A stretch of 64,000 bases of DNA from Chloroflexota bacterium (GCA_040902225.1 JBBDXT010000007.1:256346-320345); one strand, 5' to 3'. Counted from the stretch's first letter, positions 18,100 through 27,203 are shown. Made by a program: numbers and translations. Notes: generated by a model not told the origin, from the letters alone.

Positions 18100-18300
18100 G
18101 AGGGCGTTCGAGTAGTAGTCGTAGGTGCTGGACTTGGCGAACAGCAAGATGTACTCATGGCCGGTTACCGGGCGGTCCAAGACAGGCTCTGGCATGTGGG
18201 CGCGAGTTTCACGGAGCAGCTGCCCATCTTCATCATCCGGGAGCGGGCGCTGTTTCGACCAGATGATCATGGAGCGGAGCCACAGTCCCCGCTTTTGCAC
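18100..18300 (-). pseudogene. Remnant of an N4/N6 DNA methyltransferase gene (PF01555-like fragment)
   Basis: About 65 codons matching the post-DPPY region of amino-MTases (MIIWSKQ ... HEYILLFAKSSTYDY); no upstream catalytic motifs, and no methylase-like sequence downstream. Confidence 0.5.
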
Positions 18301-18394
18301 AGCCTGCGCAACGAGGAATGGAATTAGTGTCAGATCCTTGTCCTTGAGTCTGCGATCGTGCGCCGAGCAATCCCGGCCTTCTCGTCATCCTTAA

Positions 18395-18943
18395 GGTTCC
18401 ACACGTTCTGGGGCCCTCGCGCTCGCCACCGGGGGAGCCGTCGCGCTGGCGGCACAGCGGGGCTACTTCGACCAGAACCTCCTCGCCGGGGCGTGGCGGC
18501 TCTGGCCGCTGATCCTGGTCGCCATCGGCTTCTCGATCCTTGTCTCGAGGGGAATGCCGCAAGCTTCACCCTCAATCCCAAAGATGGCTGCGGGGGCCGC
18601 CGCCTGGGAAGTGCCATACGTGGCGGGCGGCGTCGCGGAGTACCTGGACGTCGTGATGTGGATCGTTGTGCCGTTCGGGCCAGGGCCGGCCGACACCGCC
18701 GTGGGTCAGCCGGCCGCAGCCGGCGCAGATCCGGTCACGAGCTGGAATGCACAGCCGCACCGCACAGAGCGCCGCTCAGGGAGCGGGTCGAGGATCTTCG
18801 GGCTGATCCTGATCGGGCTCGGCCTGTACTTCCTCGCGCGGGAGTACCTGCCCGGGGTCGACTTCGATCGGCTCTGGCCGCTGCGGCTCGTCATGCTCGG
18901 CGTGATCCTCCTGTACGGAGCGATCCGGAGCCGCCCAGCCTGA
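18395..18943 (+). pseudogene. Small membrane protein with two WPL-type TM hairpin repeats (DUF5668/LiaF-TM-like), apparently 5'-truncated at the island boundary
   Basis: Open frame from TAA at 18392 with no canonical start before ATG 18554. Repeats GAWRLWPLILVAIGFSIL and DRLWPLRLVMLGVILL. Its 3' 168 nt overlap the tail of the giant GT-C gene on the other strand. Confidence 0.3.
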
Positions 18944-21900
18944 AGTATCCGACCCCGAGCCGACGCTGCTCGCGGCTGCTCGCCGAGCGGCAATGAAGTC
19001 TCGCCCGAAGAGTGCAAAGGCTGCCGCACCCAGCGAGACGACCAGGCCGATCGCCAGCTTGACGCTGTCGGCGCTGAGCAGCTGACCGCGAGGGCCCTGC
19101 GGCGGATCGGGGAACTGGAACGCGTAGTTCCACGGGGCCAGGGCGCGGGCCGCGTTGATGTACCAGTCCGGCATGGCGAGCGCGGACCCGAGCGGGAAGA
19201 TGAGGAGCCCGGCGACCACGGCGAGGACCAGGAAGGCGATCGCCAGGGACCGATAGGCCCACGTCCGGAGGCCCTCGTCCACCACGTACGCCACCGCGAT
19301 CATGGCGATCAGGACGGCGGTGAAATAGTGGTAGTGGAAGGTCGCCCGCTCGATCCGGGTCCAGGGCAGGTACTGGAGCACGAACGCGGCGACGAGGAGG
19401 GTGAGGGCGAGCGATCGGCGACGCCAGGCCTGCACCGCGCACCACAGGATGGCCGGGATGCCGGCCCAGAACAGGATCGGGTTGCCGCCGTTGTAGATGA
19501 CCGCCATCTCGCGGTTGTCGTACGAGTGGCTGTAGAACCAGACCGGCTTCAGGTCGAGCGGCCAGCTCCACCACGGCGAGGCGGCCGGATGCCCGGCCTG
19601 CAGGCCGAAGTGGTAGCCGAACATCTGCGACTGCATCTCGTCCAGCGACCAGCCGTAGCCGGGGCCCAGCTTTTCGATCGAGATGCCGTGCCCCAGCTGG
19701 AGATACGGGATGTAGGCGACGAAGTAGATGAGCAGCGGAACCACCAGCAGGCAGGCCCCGACCCATGGCCAGGCGAAGCCAGCCATCTCGCCGGGGATGT
19801 ACCAGCGCCGGTCGCTGCTCGGCTCCCGGAGGGAGCGCCACGCTCGAGCGAGGAGCAGCAGACCCGCCACCGCCAACATGATCCAGGCGGGCCAGGCGGC
19901 CTGCGCCCCGCGCGCCAGGAAGGCAAAGAGGAACTCGACCGCGCTGCGTGGCTCCCGACCCTCCACGGTCGAATAGGCGATCGCGAAGGCCAGGCCGATC
20001 CCCCCTCCCACCACCCCGATCGGTGGGAGCGCCAGGATGTCCATCGGCGAGAGCTGAATCGGCCGCCGCCAGACCAGCAGCAGCGCCACGGCAAGCGCCA
20101 GGAAGCACACCACCAGGAACGGCCACGGGGCGCCAAAGCCCGCCACGACCGTGATGAAGGCGATCCCCGCCACCAGGAAGAATCTGCCGAATTGCGATCG
20201 GGCCAGCACCAGCACCCACAGCCCGATCAGCGCGTACCAACCCACCCACTTGCTCGCCGCGGCCAGGCCGATCAGGACGCCGACCAGCGGCAGCGCCCAC
20301 CAGGCGCTGCGCGCCCATCGGCCTGACCAGACCTGCCAGAAGAGCGCATAGCCGGCCAAGATGAAGGTCGCCACGAAGATGTCGTTCATCGAGATCCGGC
20401 TCATGACGTAGCTCATCCCGTCGAAGGCCACGAACAGGGCCGCCAGCACCGCGATGCGCCGGCGCGGGAAGAGGGTCGCGGCGAACAGGTAGATGATCCC
20501 GACCAGCGCGGCTCCGAATACGATCCCCGCCAGGCGCCAGGCGAAGGCATTGCTGCCCGCGTCGATCGACACCAGCCGGCTTGGTCCGCCAGCTCCCTCG
20601 TCGGTCGAGACCAGCAGCAAGCCATGGTCGTCCCCCTGGGCCTCGTCGGAGATGTCGAAGGCCATGGCCAGGGCCTCGCCCGGGAGGACGGTCGTGTCGA
20701 AGGCGGCAAAGCCGGCGCTCTGCGTGCCGCCGTTGCCAAGCGGCGAGACGGCCCATACGACCGGCTCATCCGTCCGCTCCCGCACCCCCGCGACGTAGAC
20801 GATGTTGGCCACCTGCTGCCAGCCGATCGCCACCGCCGGACCTGGCAGCGGGACCGTGTCGATCAGCTGCGCGCTCTCATCGAAGACGCTGAGCCCGCCA
20901 AGGACAGGCCCGTGCTCGTCGTCAGCCGGCAGCGGGCCGAGGGGGACCCAGACCTGGAGGTTCTTGCCGCTCCCCTGCACCAGCAGCGGGCCTACCGGGG
21001 TCGAGGGAAGCGCGATCTTGCCATCCGAGCCGACGTCGGTCTCGGGTCTCAGCGTGCCGCCGTCGAGCACGATCAGTCCCGAGCCCGCCCGGTCGACCGC
21101 TACCACCCGCGGGTCGGCGACCTCGCCCGATCCCCCCGGTACGTAGCCGACTCCGGTCGCCACGAGGTCGGAGCTGGCCAGCTCGACGCCCGTCTCCCGC
21201 TCGATCTCGACGATCCCGTTGGGTCCGAGGAAGAGGATCACCGTCTCTCCGTTGGGGACCACGATCTGCGTCACCGCCGCCAGGCCGGTCTCGATCTGGG
21301 CGACGCCGGGCGGTGGACCGCGCTCGCCGAGCTGGCCCAGGAAGGCGGTCATGTCGTAGGCGGACACCGCGCCGCCCGAAGCCAGCCCCACCAGGAGCCG
21401 GTCGCCATCCTCGTCATACGCCATGCTGGCCACCGGGCCCTGGGCGCTCCAGGAAGAGACCTGCTCGCCGGTCAGCACCTCCCGCGCCGTGATCACCTCG
21501 TCTCCGGCCGTGGTGAAGACGATCGACTTCGGTCGGGTCTGCGCCGTCCGCTGCGGAGCGATGGCGATGGCCGTGGCGGGGGCCTCGAGATCGGTCCCGC
21601 CGACGACCTTGTTGGGGTCCGCCACCAAGATCCCGGCGGCGATCAGGTATTTCGCCAGCGGCGGATGAGTCCACTCATACGTGTCACGGGTCCAGCCCTC
21701 CTGCCAGTCGGCCAGCCACTCGGTCGCGGTGCGCGCGTGGTAGACCTCGTCGAAATGGGTGTGCCGCGGCAGCTCCAGGCGCCACAGCCGGAACAGGAAG
21801 GCGGCAAGGATCAGCGTCGCCAGCAGGAGCAGGTCGAGCCGGTCCAGGCGTCGCCGAGGCTCTTCGACGTAGGTCGGATCGCGGCGCAGCCCGGCGGGGA

Positions 21901-23482
21901 GGCGCCATCGCCGAGGCGCCGCGGCGCCCTCGGGCGTGACCGCGGGTGCAGCCACGGGCGCCGAAACGAGCGGCCCCCTTTCGGTCCGCGCGCGTTGCAC
22001 CCCTCCCTCTTGCCGGACGCCCAGCGCCATCTCCGCCGCCCGGACCAGCAGCCAGGCCAGCGCGATCACGATCATCAGCGAGAGGAGGTAGATGCCGGTG
22101 TCGTTGAAGACGACCGTCGCCAGAACCGGGTCGCGCGGCATCGGCTCACGGAAGAGGCCCGGGTTCATGGGATGGTCGCCGCCGGCGAACGAGAAGTCGG
22201 TGGTGTAGAGCCAATAGACGTTCGAGAAGAACGAGAGGGTCAGCACGAAGTAGAGCGCCGCCCATTTCCAGGATCGGGCCACCAGCGGGGCGGCCAGCGC
22301 CAGCGCCGGGAAGAGATAGCGCTCGTGCACGCGGGTCGGCAGCGCGAAGAAGGCGACGGCCAGCACCAGGGCGCACACCAGGATGCCGGCGGGGTCGTCG
22401 CGGCGCGCGACGGTCCACAGCGCAACCAGGGCGGCGATGCCGAAGAGGCCTGCCCCCACGAGCTGCCAGCTGATCGGTGTCGAGCCAATCACGAAGGCGA
22501 TGCCCGATCCATCGGCGCAGGTGGGCGGAAGGGTGTCGCAGCCCCAGCGGTACGCATCGCCCAGGCCAGTCCACGGGTTGCGCCACAGGTTGAAGGCGTT
22601 GATGGTCAGGCCCTTGTAGGTGTTGCTCGCCGCGATGAAGCGGTCGACCAGGCTCAGGTTCGGATCGGCGGGTGCCCAGATGGCAAGGCGGAAGGGCAGG
22701 ATGACCAGGACCAAAGTGCCGAGGCCGGTCGCCAGCGAGGTGAGGATCCTGATCGGATCCGCTCGGCCGGCCTGATCCGGGTCGGATGAGCGGCCGAAGA
22801 GATGGCGCTTGATGCCGACCACCGCGACCAGTGGAATCAGGAAGCCGAACTGGAACTTGACCAGCATGGCGAGCACGGCGCCAGCCGCCGCGGCCTCGGT
22901 CCAGCCGCGAGCGAGCATGTAAAGCGTCGCCAGCACCACGAGCGTGCCGACCGAGTCGACCTGGCCCCAGACCGCGGAGTCGAAGATGGTTCCAGGGTTG
23001 AAGAGATAGATGACAACCGCCACCAGGCCAAGCCGCTCGCCGCTCCACGACCCCAGCCATCCGTCTCCGTAGCGGCGCGCGTAAAGGAAGAGGAGCCAGG
23101 CGACGCCAGCGTCGCCGAGGATCCCCGGCACCTTGACCAGGCCCGGCGTGATCGAGAGCCCGAAGACCGGCCGCAGCAGCTCGCCGATGCCCCCGAGCAG
23201 CCACAGCACGTACATGTAGCCGGGTGGGTAGTCCGCCAGGTAGCCGGGCTGGTAGAACTGGCCGGGCCCTTGGGCGGACATGCGGGCGGCCCAGATGGCG
23301 AAGTCGCCGACGTCCACGCGAAAGCCGGAGAACGGCAGGTACGGCCCGGCGATGACGGCGCGCAGCAGCACGCCGAGGACGATCAGGATGACGACCAGGG
23401 TCGCGGGATCGAGCGGCAGGCCGCGTTCGATTGGCCTCGCGCCCCGCTCCCTGACGGAGTCGCGGGTCATCGGTGACGGCAC
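18776..23482 (-). CDS. 1568-aa polytopic membrane protein: N-terminal GT-C-like domain fused to a Pmt-family (GT39) protein O-mannosyltransferase carrying a ~430-aa insertion in periplasmic loop 1
   Basis: Pmt hallmarks HFDEVYHARTA and HPPLAKYLIAAG, then after the insertion AWRLAGIVFGAAL... VAFDGMSYVMSRISMNDIF (compare Mtb Pmt LICDGVSFVTARTALLDGF) and C-terminal 4TMC region (FYSHSYDNREMAVIYNGGNPILFW). More than 20 predicted TM helices; acidic disordered tail. Confidence 0.7.
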   Translation of the reverse strand: MPSPMTRDSVRERGARPIERGLPLDPATLVVILIVLGVLLRAVIAGPYLPFSGFRVDVGDFAIWAARMSAQGPGQFYQPGYLADYPPGYMYVLWLLGGIGELLRPVFGLSITPGLVKVPGILGDAGVAWLLFLYARRYGDGWLGSWSGERLGLVAVVIYLFNPGTIFDSAVWGQVDSVGTLVVLATLYMLARGWTEAAAAGAVLAMLVKFQFGFLIPLVAVVGIKRHLFGRSSDPDQAGRADPIRILTSLATGLGTLVLVILPFRLAIWAPADPNLSLVDRFIAASNTYKGLTINAFNLWRNPWTGLGDAYRWGCDTLPPTCADGSGIAFVIGSTPISWQLVGAGLFGIAALVALWTVARRDDPAGILVCALVLAVAFFALPTRVHERYLFPALALAAPLVARSWKWAALYFVLTLSFFSNVYWLYTTDFSFAGGDHPMNPGLFREPMPRDPVLATVVFNDTGIYLLSLMIVIALAWLLVRAAEMALGVRQEGGVQRARTERGPLVSAPVAAPAVTPEGAAAPRRWRLPAGLRRDPTYVEEPRRRLDRLDLLLLATLILAAFLFRLWRLELPRHTHFDEVYHARTATEWLADWQEGWTRDTYEWTHPPLAKYLIAAGILVADPNKVVGGTDLEAPATAIAIAPQRTAQTRPKSIVFTTAGDEVITAREVLTGEQVSSWSAQGPVASMAYDEDGDRLLVGLASGGAVSAYDMTAFLGQLGERGPPPGVAQIETGLAAVTQIVVPNGETVILFLGPNGIVEIERETGVELASSDLVATGVGYVPGGSGEVADPRVVAVDRAGSGLIVLDGGTLRPETDVGSDGKIALPSTPVGPLLVQGSGKNLQVWVPLGPLPADDEHGPVLGGLSVFDESAQLIDTVPLPGPAVAIGWQQVANIVYVAGVRERTDEPVVWAVSPLGNGGTQSAGFAAFDTTVLPGEALAMAFDISDEAQGDDHGLLLVSTDEGAGGPSRLVSIDAGSNAFAWRLAGIVFGAALVGIIYLFAATLFPRRRIAVLAALFVAFDGMSYVMSRISMNDIFVATFILAGYALFWQVWSGRWARSAWWALPLVGVLIGLAAASKWVGWYALIGLWVLVLARSQFGRFFLVAGIAFITVVAGFGAPWPFLVVCFLALAVALLLVWRRPIQLSPMDILALPPIGVVGGGIGLAFAIAYSTVEGREPRSAVEFLFAFLARGAQAAWPAWIMLAVAGLLLLARAWRSLREPSSDRRWYIPGEMAGFAWPWVGACLLVVPLLIYFVAYIPYLQLGHGISIEKLGPGYGWSLDEMQSQMFGYHFGLQAGHPAASPWWSWPLDLKPVWFYSHSYDNREMAVIYNGGNPILFWAGIPAILWCAVQAWRRRSLALTLLVAAFVLQYLPWTRIERATFHYHYFTAVLIAMIAVAYVVDEGLRTWAYRSLAIAFLVLAVVAGLLIFPLGSALAMPDWYINAARALAPWNYAFQFPDPPQGPRGQLLSADSVKLAIGLVVSLGAAAFALFGRDFIAARRAAASSVGSGSDTSGWAAPDRSVQEDHAEHDEPQRPEPIEVDPGQVLPREEVQAEPDQDQPEDPRPAP

Positions 23483-23586
23483 CTCGCTATCGGCGCCTGG
23501 GTGTGTCGTACGCCAACGTGGGCCGGAGTATACATCCGGGTTTCGGACGCCCCCGAACCACGGTCGGTTGCGCTAGGGTACCGACC

Positions 23587-24339
23587 GTGACCGATTCCGA
23601 GCCCTCCGCCCGGCCGCGCCTGACCTTCTTCTTCCCGGCCTACAACGAGGAGGAGAACATCGCGCGGACCGTCGGGCTGGCACTCTCGCAGATCGGTCCG
23701 GTGGTCCCTTCGATCGAGGTCCTGGCGATCGACGATGGCTCGACCGACCAGACGCCGGCGCTCGCCGACGCCCTGGCCGCGGCCGACCCGCGCGTGCGGG
23801 TTCACCACCAGCCGAACCGCGGCTACGGCGGGGCCATCAAGGCGGGCTTCGAGCAGGCACGCGGCGAGCTGATCTGCTTCTCGGACGGCGACCTCCAGTT
23901 CGACCTGCGCGAGATGAGCCGGCTCCTGGAGCGGCTGGCGGACGAGCGGAAGCCGGTCGACGCGGTGATCGGCTTCCGGATCAAGCGTCGCGACCCGTTC
24001 CACCGCATCTTCATCGCCAAGACCTACAACGCGATCGTGTCGGTCGCCTTCGGCCTGCGCGTGCGCGACATCGACTGCGCCATGAAGCTCTTCCGGCGGG
24101 AGGTCTTCGAGGGTTTGCGCCTGGATGCCGAGGGGCCGTTCCTGTCGGCCGAGCTGCTCATCAAGCTGCGTGCGCGGGGGGTCCGCACGGCGCAGGTCGG
24201 TGTCAATCACTTCCCCCGCGCTGCCGGCACCAATACCGGGGCCAGCTTCAAGAAGATTCTGCGCACCTTCCGTGACCTGGCCAGGCTGCGCTGGGACCTG
24301 TGGACGAAGCGCGACGAGGTTCTCGGCCGCCGCGTCTGA
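23587..24339 (+). CDS. GT2 polyprenol-phosphate mannose synthase (Ppm1/DPM1-like)
   Basis: FFFPAYNEEENI, AIDDGSTDQT, DGD and QxRR-type blocks of DPM1-family GT2. GTG at 23587 preferred over the long N-terminal extension. Confidence 0.75.
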   Translation: MTDSEPSARPRLTFFFPAYNEEENIARTVGLALSQIGPVVPSIEVLAIDDGSTDQTPALADALAAADPRVRVHHQPNRGYGGAIKAGFEQARGELICFSDGDLQFDLREMSRLLERLADERKPVDAVIGFRIKRRDPFHRIFIAKTYNAIVSVAFGLRVRDIDCAMKLFRREVFEGLRLDAEGPFLSAELLIKLRARGVRTAQVGVNHFPRAAGTNTGASFKKILRTFRDLARLRWDLWTKRDEVLGRRV

Positions 24340-24389
24340 GGCCGCCGCGTCTGAGGCCGGCGCAGCTGTGGCCGGCGCAGCTGTGGCCG

Positions 24390-24920
24390 TCAGGCCCCCT
24401 GCTCCTCGCTGGGCGGACCCTTCTCCCCACCCTCCAGGTCGACGTCGAGCGAGTTGACGAACTCGCGGAAGATGGCGAGGCTCTCATCGTGCACGTCGCC
24501 GGGTTCGGCGCGGTCTGGCTCCACCCCGGCCTCGTCGAGGACCCGCTCATCCACGTAGATGGTCGACCCGGTGCGCACCGCCACCGCGATCGCATCGCTG
24601 GTCCGGGAGTCGATCTCGGCCTCCCCGCCGTCGGCGGTCTCGACGTAGAGCCGCGCGTGGAAGGTGCCGTCCGTCACGTGCGTGATGACGACACGGCTGA
24701 TGCTGGAGTTCAGGGCGGCCACGATGCTGACGAGCAGATCGTGGGTCAGCGGGCGCTCCGCGTTGAGGCCCTGCAGACGCATGGCGATGGCGTTGGCCTC
24801 TGACGGGCCGATCCAGATCGGCAGATACCGCTCCCGGTCGGACTCCTTCAGGATGACCACGTGCTGGCTCGAGAGCATGTGCACGCGAACGCTTTCGACG
24901 ACCATCTCGATCAGCCTCAC
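24390..24920 (-). CDS. Bifunctional nuclease family protein (BFN/DUF151)
   Basis: Family-defining blocks RYLPIWIGPSEANAI, RPLTHDLL and SDAIAVAVRTGSTIYV. Confidence 0.75.
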   Translation of the reverse strand: MRLIEMVVESVRVHMLSSQHVVILKESDRERYLPIWIGPSEANAIAMRLQGLNAERPLTHDLLVSIVAALNSSISRVVITHVTDGTFHARLYVETADGGEAEIDSRTSDAIAVAVRTGSTIYVDERVLDEAGVEPDRAEPGDVHDESLAIFREFVNSLDVDLEGGEKGPPSEEQGA

Positions 24921-24939
24921 CGACCGATTCTAGATGAGG

Positions 24940-27162
24940 CTACTCGAGGACGACTCGGACGATCCGTGTCGGCGTCAGCAGGTACGCGACCGGTGGGCCG
25001 TCGGCGACCGAGGCAACGCTGAAGGCCCGCACCTCGTCCAGCAGCGCGGCCTCCGCGCCGCTGCGTGGCGCGAGCCATTGGCGCAGGAACGAGCCGTCGG
25101 CACGCTGGTAGGAGAGAATCCGCGCATGCGCCGCGTCGTAGACGTAGAAGGTCTCGCGGTCGCCGATCGTCGCACCGTCAAGAAGGCGGTAGTCGAGGTT
25201 GGGGCGGAGAGACCCGTCCGGCGGCGCGTCGAGGGAATAGTCCTCCTGCGCAAGCGGCGTCCCGAAGTTGACGCGCGTCACGGTGCGGGCCTGCAGCAGC
25301 CACAGGTTGGCATCCGCGAACATGTCGCGGGCCTGGGCGACGGGCAGATCCGGGCGCTCGACGAGGTACGACTCGGGTGGGCTCGGGTAGCGGACCGGGA
25401 TCACGTCGCCAGGGGTCCACTTGAGCACGTCGCCCCCACCCCCATCGACCAGGTACAGGTTGAAGATCTCCAGTGGTGGCCGATGCTGGAGTGCGGTCAG
25501 CAGCCGGCTCTCCGTTGAGACGGCACCCAGGCCGGGCAGCCCGATCGGATGCGCGACCTGCTCGACGAGGTCGAAGCGCCACGCCTGCCGGGCGCGATCC
25601 AGCAGCACCACGTCGGTCGCCGCGGTGGCGATCATCCACGGGGCCCCGGCCGTCACGCCGTCGAGGTCCTGTCCTGCCCGATACAGGACGGCCGCCTCCC
25701 CGCTCGCCGGATCCACCCGGATCACACGCCCGTGACCGACCTCGGCGACCCACAACGAGCCGTCGCTGGCCATCACCATGTCGACCGGATCGGTGGCGGT
25801 GAAGGCGGCCGCAAGGTCGGCCACGGTGGTGCTGTCGAGGAGGCGCCCCACCGCGAAGATCGTGTCCAGGCCGCGCTCGATGCGGCCCCGCAGCGGGTCG
25901 AGCGAGGCCGGGGCGACGCCTGCCTCAGAGGCTCGTTCGATGGCGGCGAGCGAGTCGGTCAGGAGCGTGGCTGCACGCGTCGGGTCGCGGTCGATCAGGT
26001 CCCGCCCGTCGACCCTTTCGTCGACCGTGCCGACCAGCTCATGCGCCTCGGCGATGGCGGCCCGCGCGATCGAGGCTCGCAGGATGGCGTCGGTCGGACG
26101 CGGGTTCGGGAGGCTGGCAACACTCGCGCCGACCGCCAGCAGGGCCGCCACGGCGGCGATCCCGAGCAGCCCGCGACGGCGGCGACGCCCCTCTTCGCGC
26201 AGCGCGGTGCGGGGGATGCTGGTCGGATAGCGCGCGCGGCGGCGGGGCACGAAGGCGAGCGCCATGTTGACCCCCACCAGGAGGCCGCGTGCCAGCGCGC
26301 GCTGGCCGGCGTCGATGGCATCGCCGCCCCGGTGCAGAAGGTGCCCGATCGCATCGGCCAGCGGGACCGGGCTGCGGTCCGGGAGTCCGGCCAGCTCCTC
26401 GTGCGGATGAACCGGCTCGAGCTGGTGGGTGGCGGCCGTCGCCGCCAGCTCGATCAGCTCGATCGCCAGCAGCCCGTCGGAGCCCTGGCCGCCCCGGATC
26501 TGGAAGAGCTGGTGCAGGTGCTCGACCGCTGCTGCCGGGCGGAGCGTGGCCAGGGCGCGCTGCACCTCGTCGACCCCGACCACCTGGGCCACGTTGCGCG
26601 ACACGAGCGCCACCCGGTCGCCCGCCGCGAGCTCGCCCTCCCAGGTGTACGGCTTGATCTCGAGCGTCTCCCCGAGCGAGTCGGCAACCCGGCGCTCGCG
26701 GACCCGCGGATCCTCCGCATCCACGGACGGGGGAGGCGGCAGCTCGAACATCCGCTCGTCCCGCACGATGACCGCGGCGGCTGGCCCGAGCTTGGCCACG
26801 TGCCCCTCCCGCCCACGAACCACCAGGGCCACGATGCTCACCCCTCCACGTCGGGTGAGCCCGAGCCGAGTTCGCTGGTGGTAGAGGAGCCGGTTGGCGG
26901 CGGAGAGCGCCTTGCTGATCGCTCCCGTCGCGCCCGCGGAAAGGTCGTAGTAGTAGTCGCGCTCGATCGTCTCCAGAGCCTCGGCCGCGGCGCGGCCCAG
27001 CGCCGGATCGGCGCCGGTGACCTGCGCGAGGAGGAAGAGGCTGCCCTTGGTGCGCACCTCTGACCCGGTCGTGGGCTCGCGAAATCGAACCAGGTCGAGC
27101 GCGTCGGAGGCGCGTTCCTCGCCGGCCAACAGGCCGATGCGGGTGGCCAGGCGGTTGCTCAT
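24940..27162 (-). CDS. Single-pass membrane protein: cytoplasmic domain with weak PP2C-like features lacking catalytic acidic residues, TM helix, and extracytoplasmic beta-propeller (NHL/SMP-30-like) domain
   Basis: ATG at 27162 (MSNRLATR); PP2C-like strand patterns (GVSIVALVVRG, GDRVALVSRNVAQVV) without metal-binding Asp; TM LLGIAAVAALLAVGASVA; propeller-like repeats (VASDGSLWVAEVGHGRVIRVDPASG). Confidence 0.4.
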   Translation of the reverse strand: MSNRLATRIGLLAGEERASDALDLVRFREPTTGSEVRTKGSLFLLAQVTGADPALGRAAAEALETIERDYYYDLSAGATGAISKALSAANRLLYHQRTRLGLTRRGGVSIVALVVRGREGHVAKLGPAAAVIVRDERMFELPPPPSVDAEDPRVRERRVADSLGETLEIKPYTWEGELAAGDRVALVSRNVAQVVGVDEVQRALATLRPAAAVEHLHQLFQIRGGQGSDGLLAIELIELAATAATHQLEPVHPHEELAGLPDRSPVPLADAIGHLLHRGGDAIDAGQRALARGLLVGVNMALAFVPRRRARYPTSIPRTALREEGRRRRRGLLGIAAVAALLAVGASVASLPNPRPTDAILRASIARAAIAEAHELVGTVDERVDGRDLIDRDPTRAATLLTDSLAAIERASEAGVAPASLDPLRGRIERGLDTIFAVGRLLDSTTVADLAAAFTATDPVDMVMASDGSLWVAEVGHGRVIRVDPASGEAAVLYRAGQDLDGVTAGAPWMIATAATDVVLLDRARQAWRFDLVEQVAHPIGLPGLGAVSTESRLLTALQHRPPLEIFNLYLVDGGGGDVLKWTPGDVIPVRYPSPPESYLVERPDLPVAQARDMFADANLWLLQARTVTRVNFGTPLAQEDYSLDAPPDGSLRPNLDYRLLDGATIGDRETFYVYDAAHARILSYQRADGSFLRQWLAPRSGAEAALLDEVRAFSVASVADGPPVAYLLTPTRIVRVVLE

Positions 27163-27203
27163 CGGGGAATCCGGACTCGAGCGAGGGACGGCGACGGGCC
27201 CGA

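Noticed and set aside
18776-18943. Treating the acidic C-terminal tail of the 1568-aa protein as a separate or erroneous gene
   Set aside because: Stop-to-stop frame is continuous with the Pmt-like domain and disordered acidic tails are common. Kept as one CDS, noting the antisense overlap with the WPL-repeat frame.
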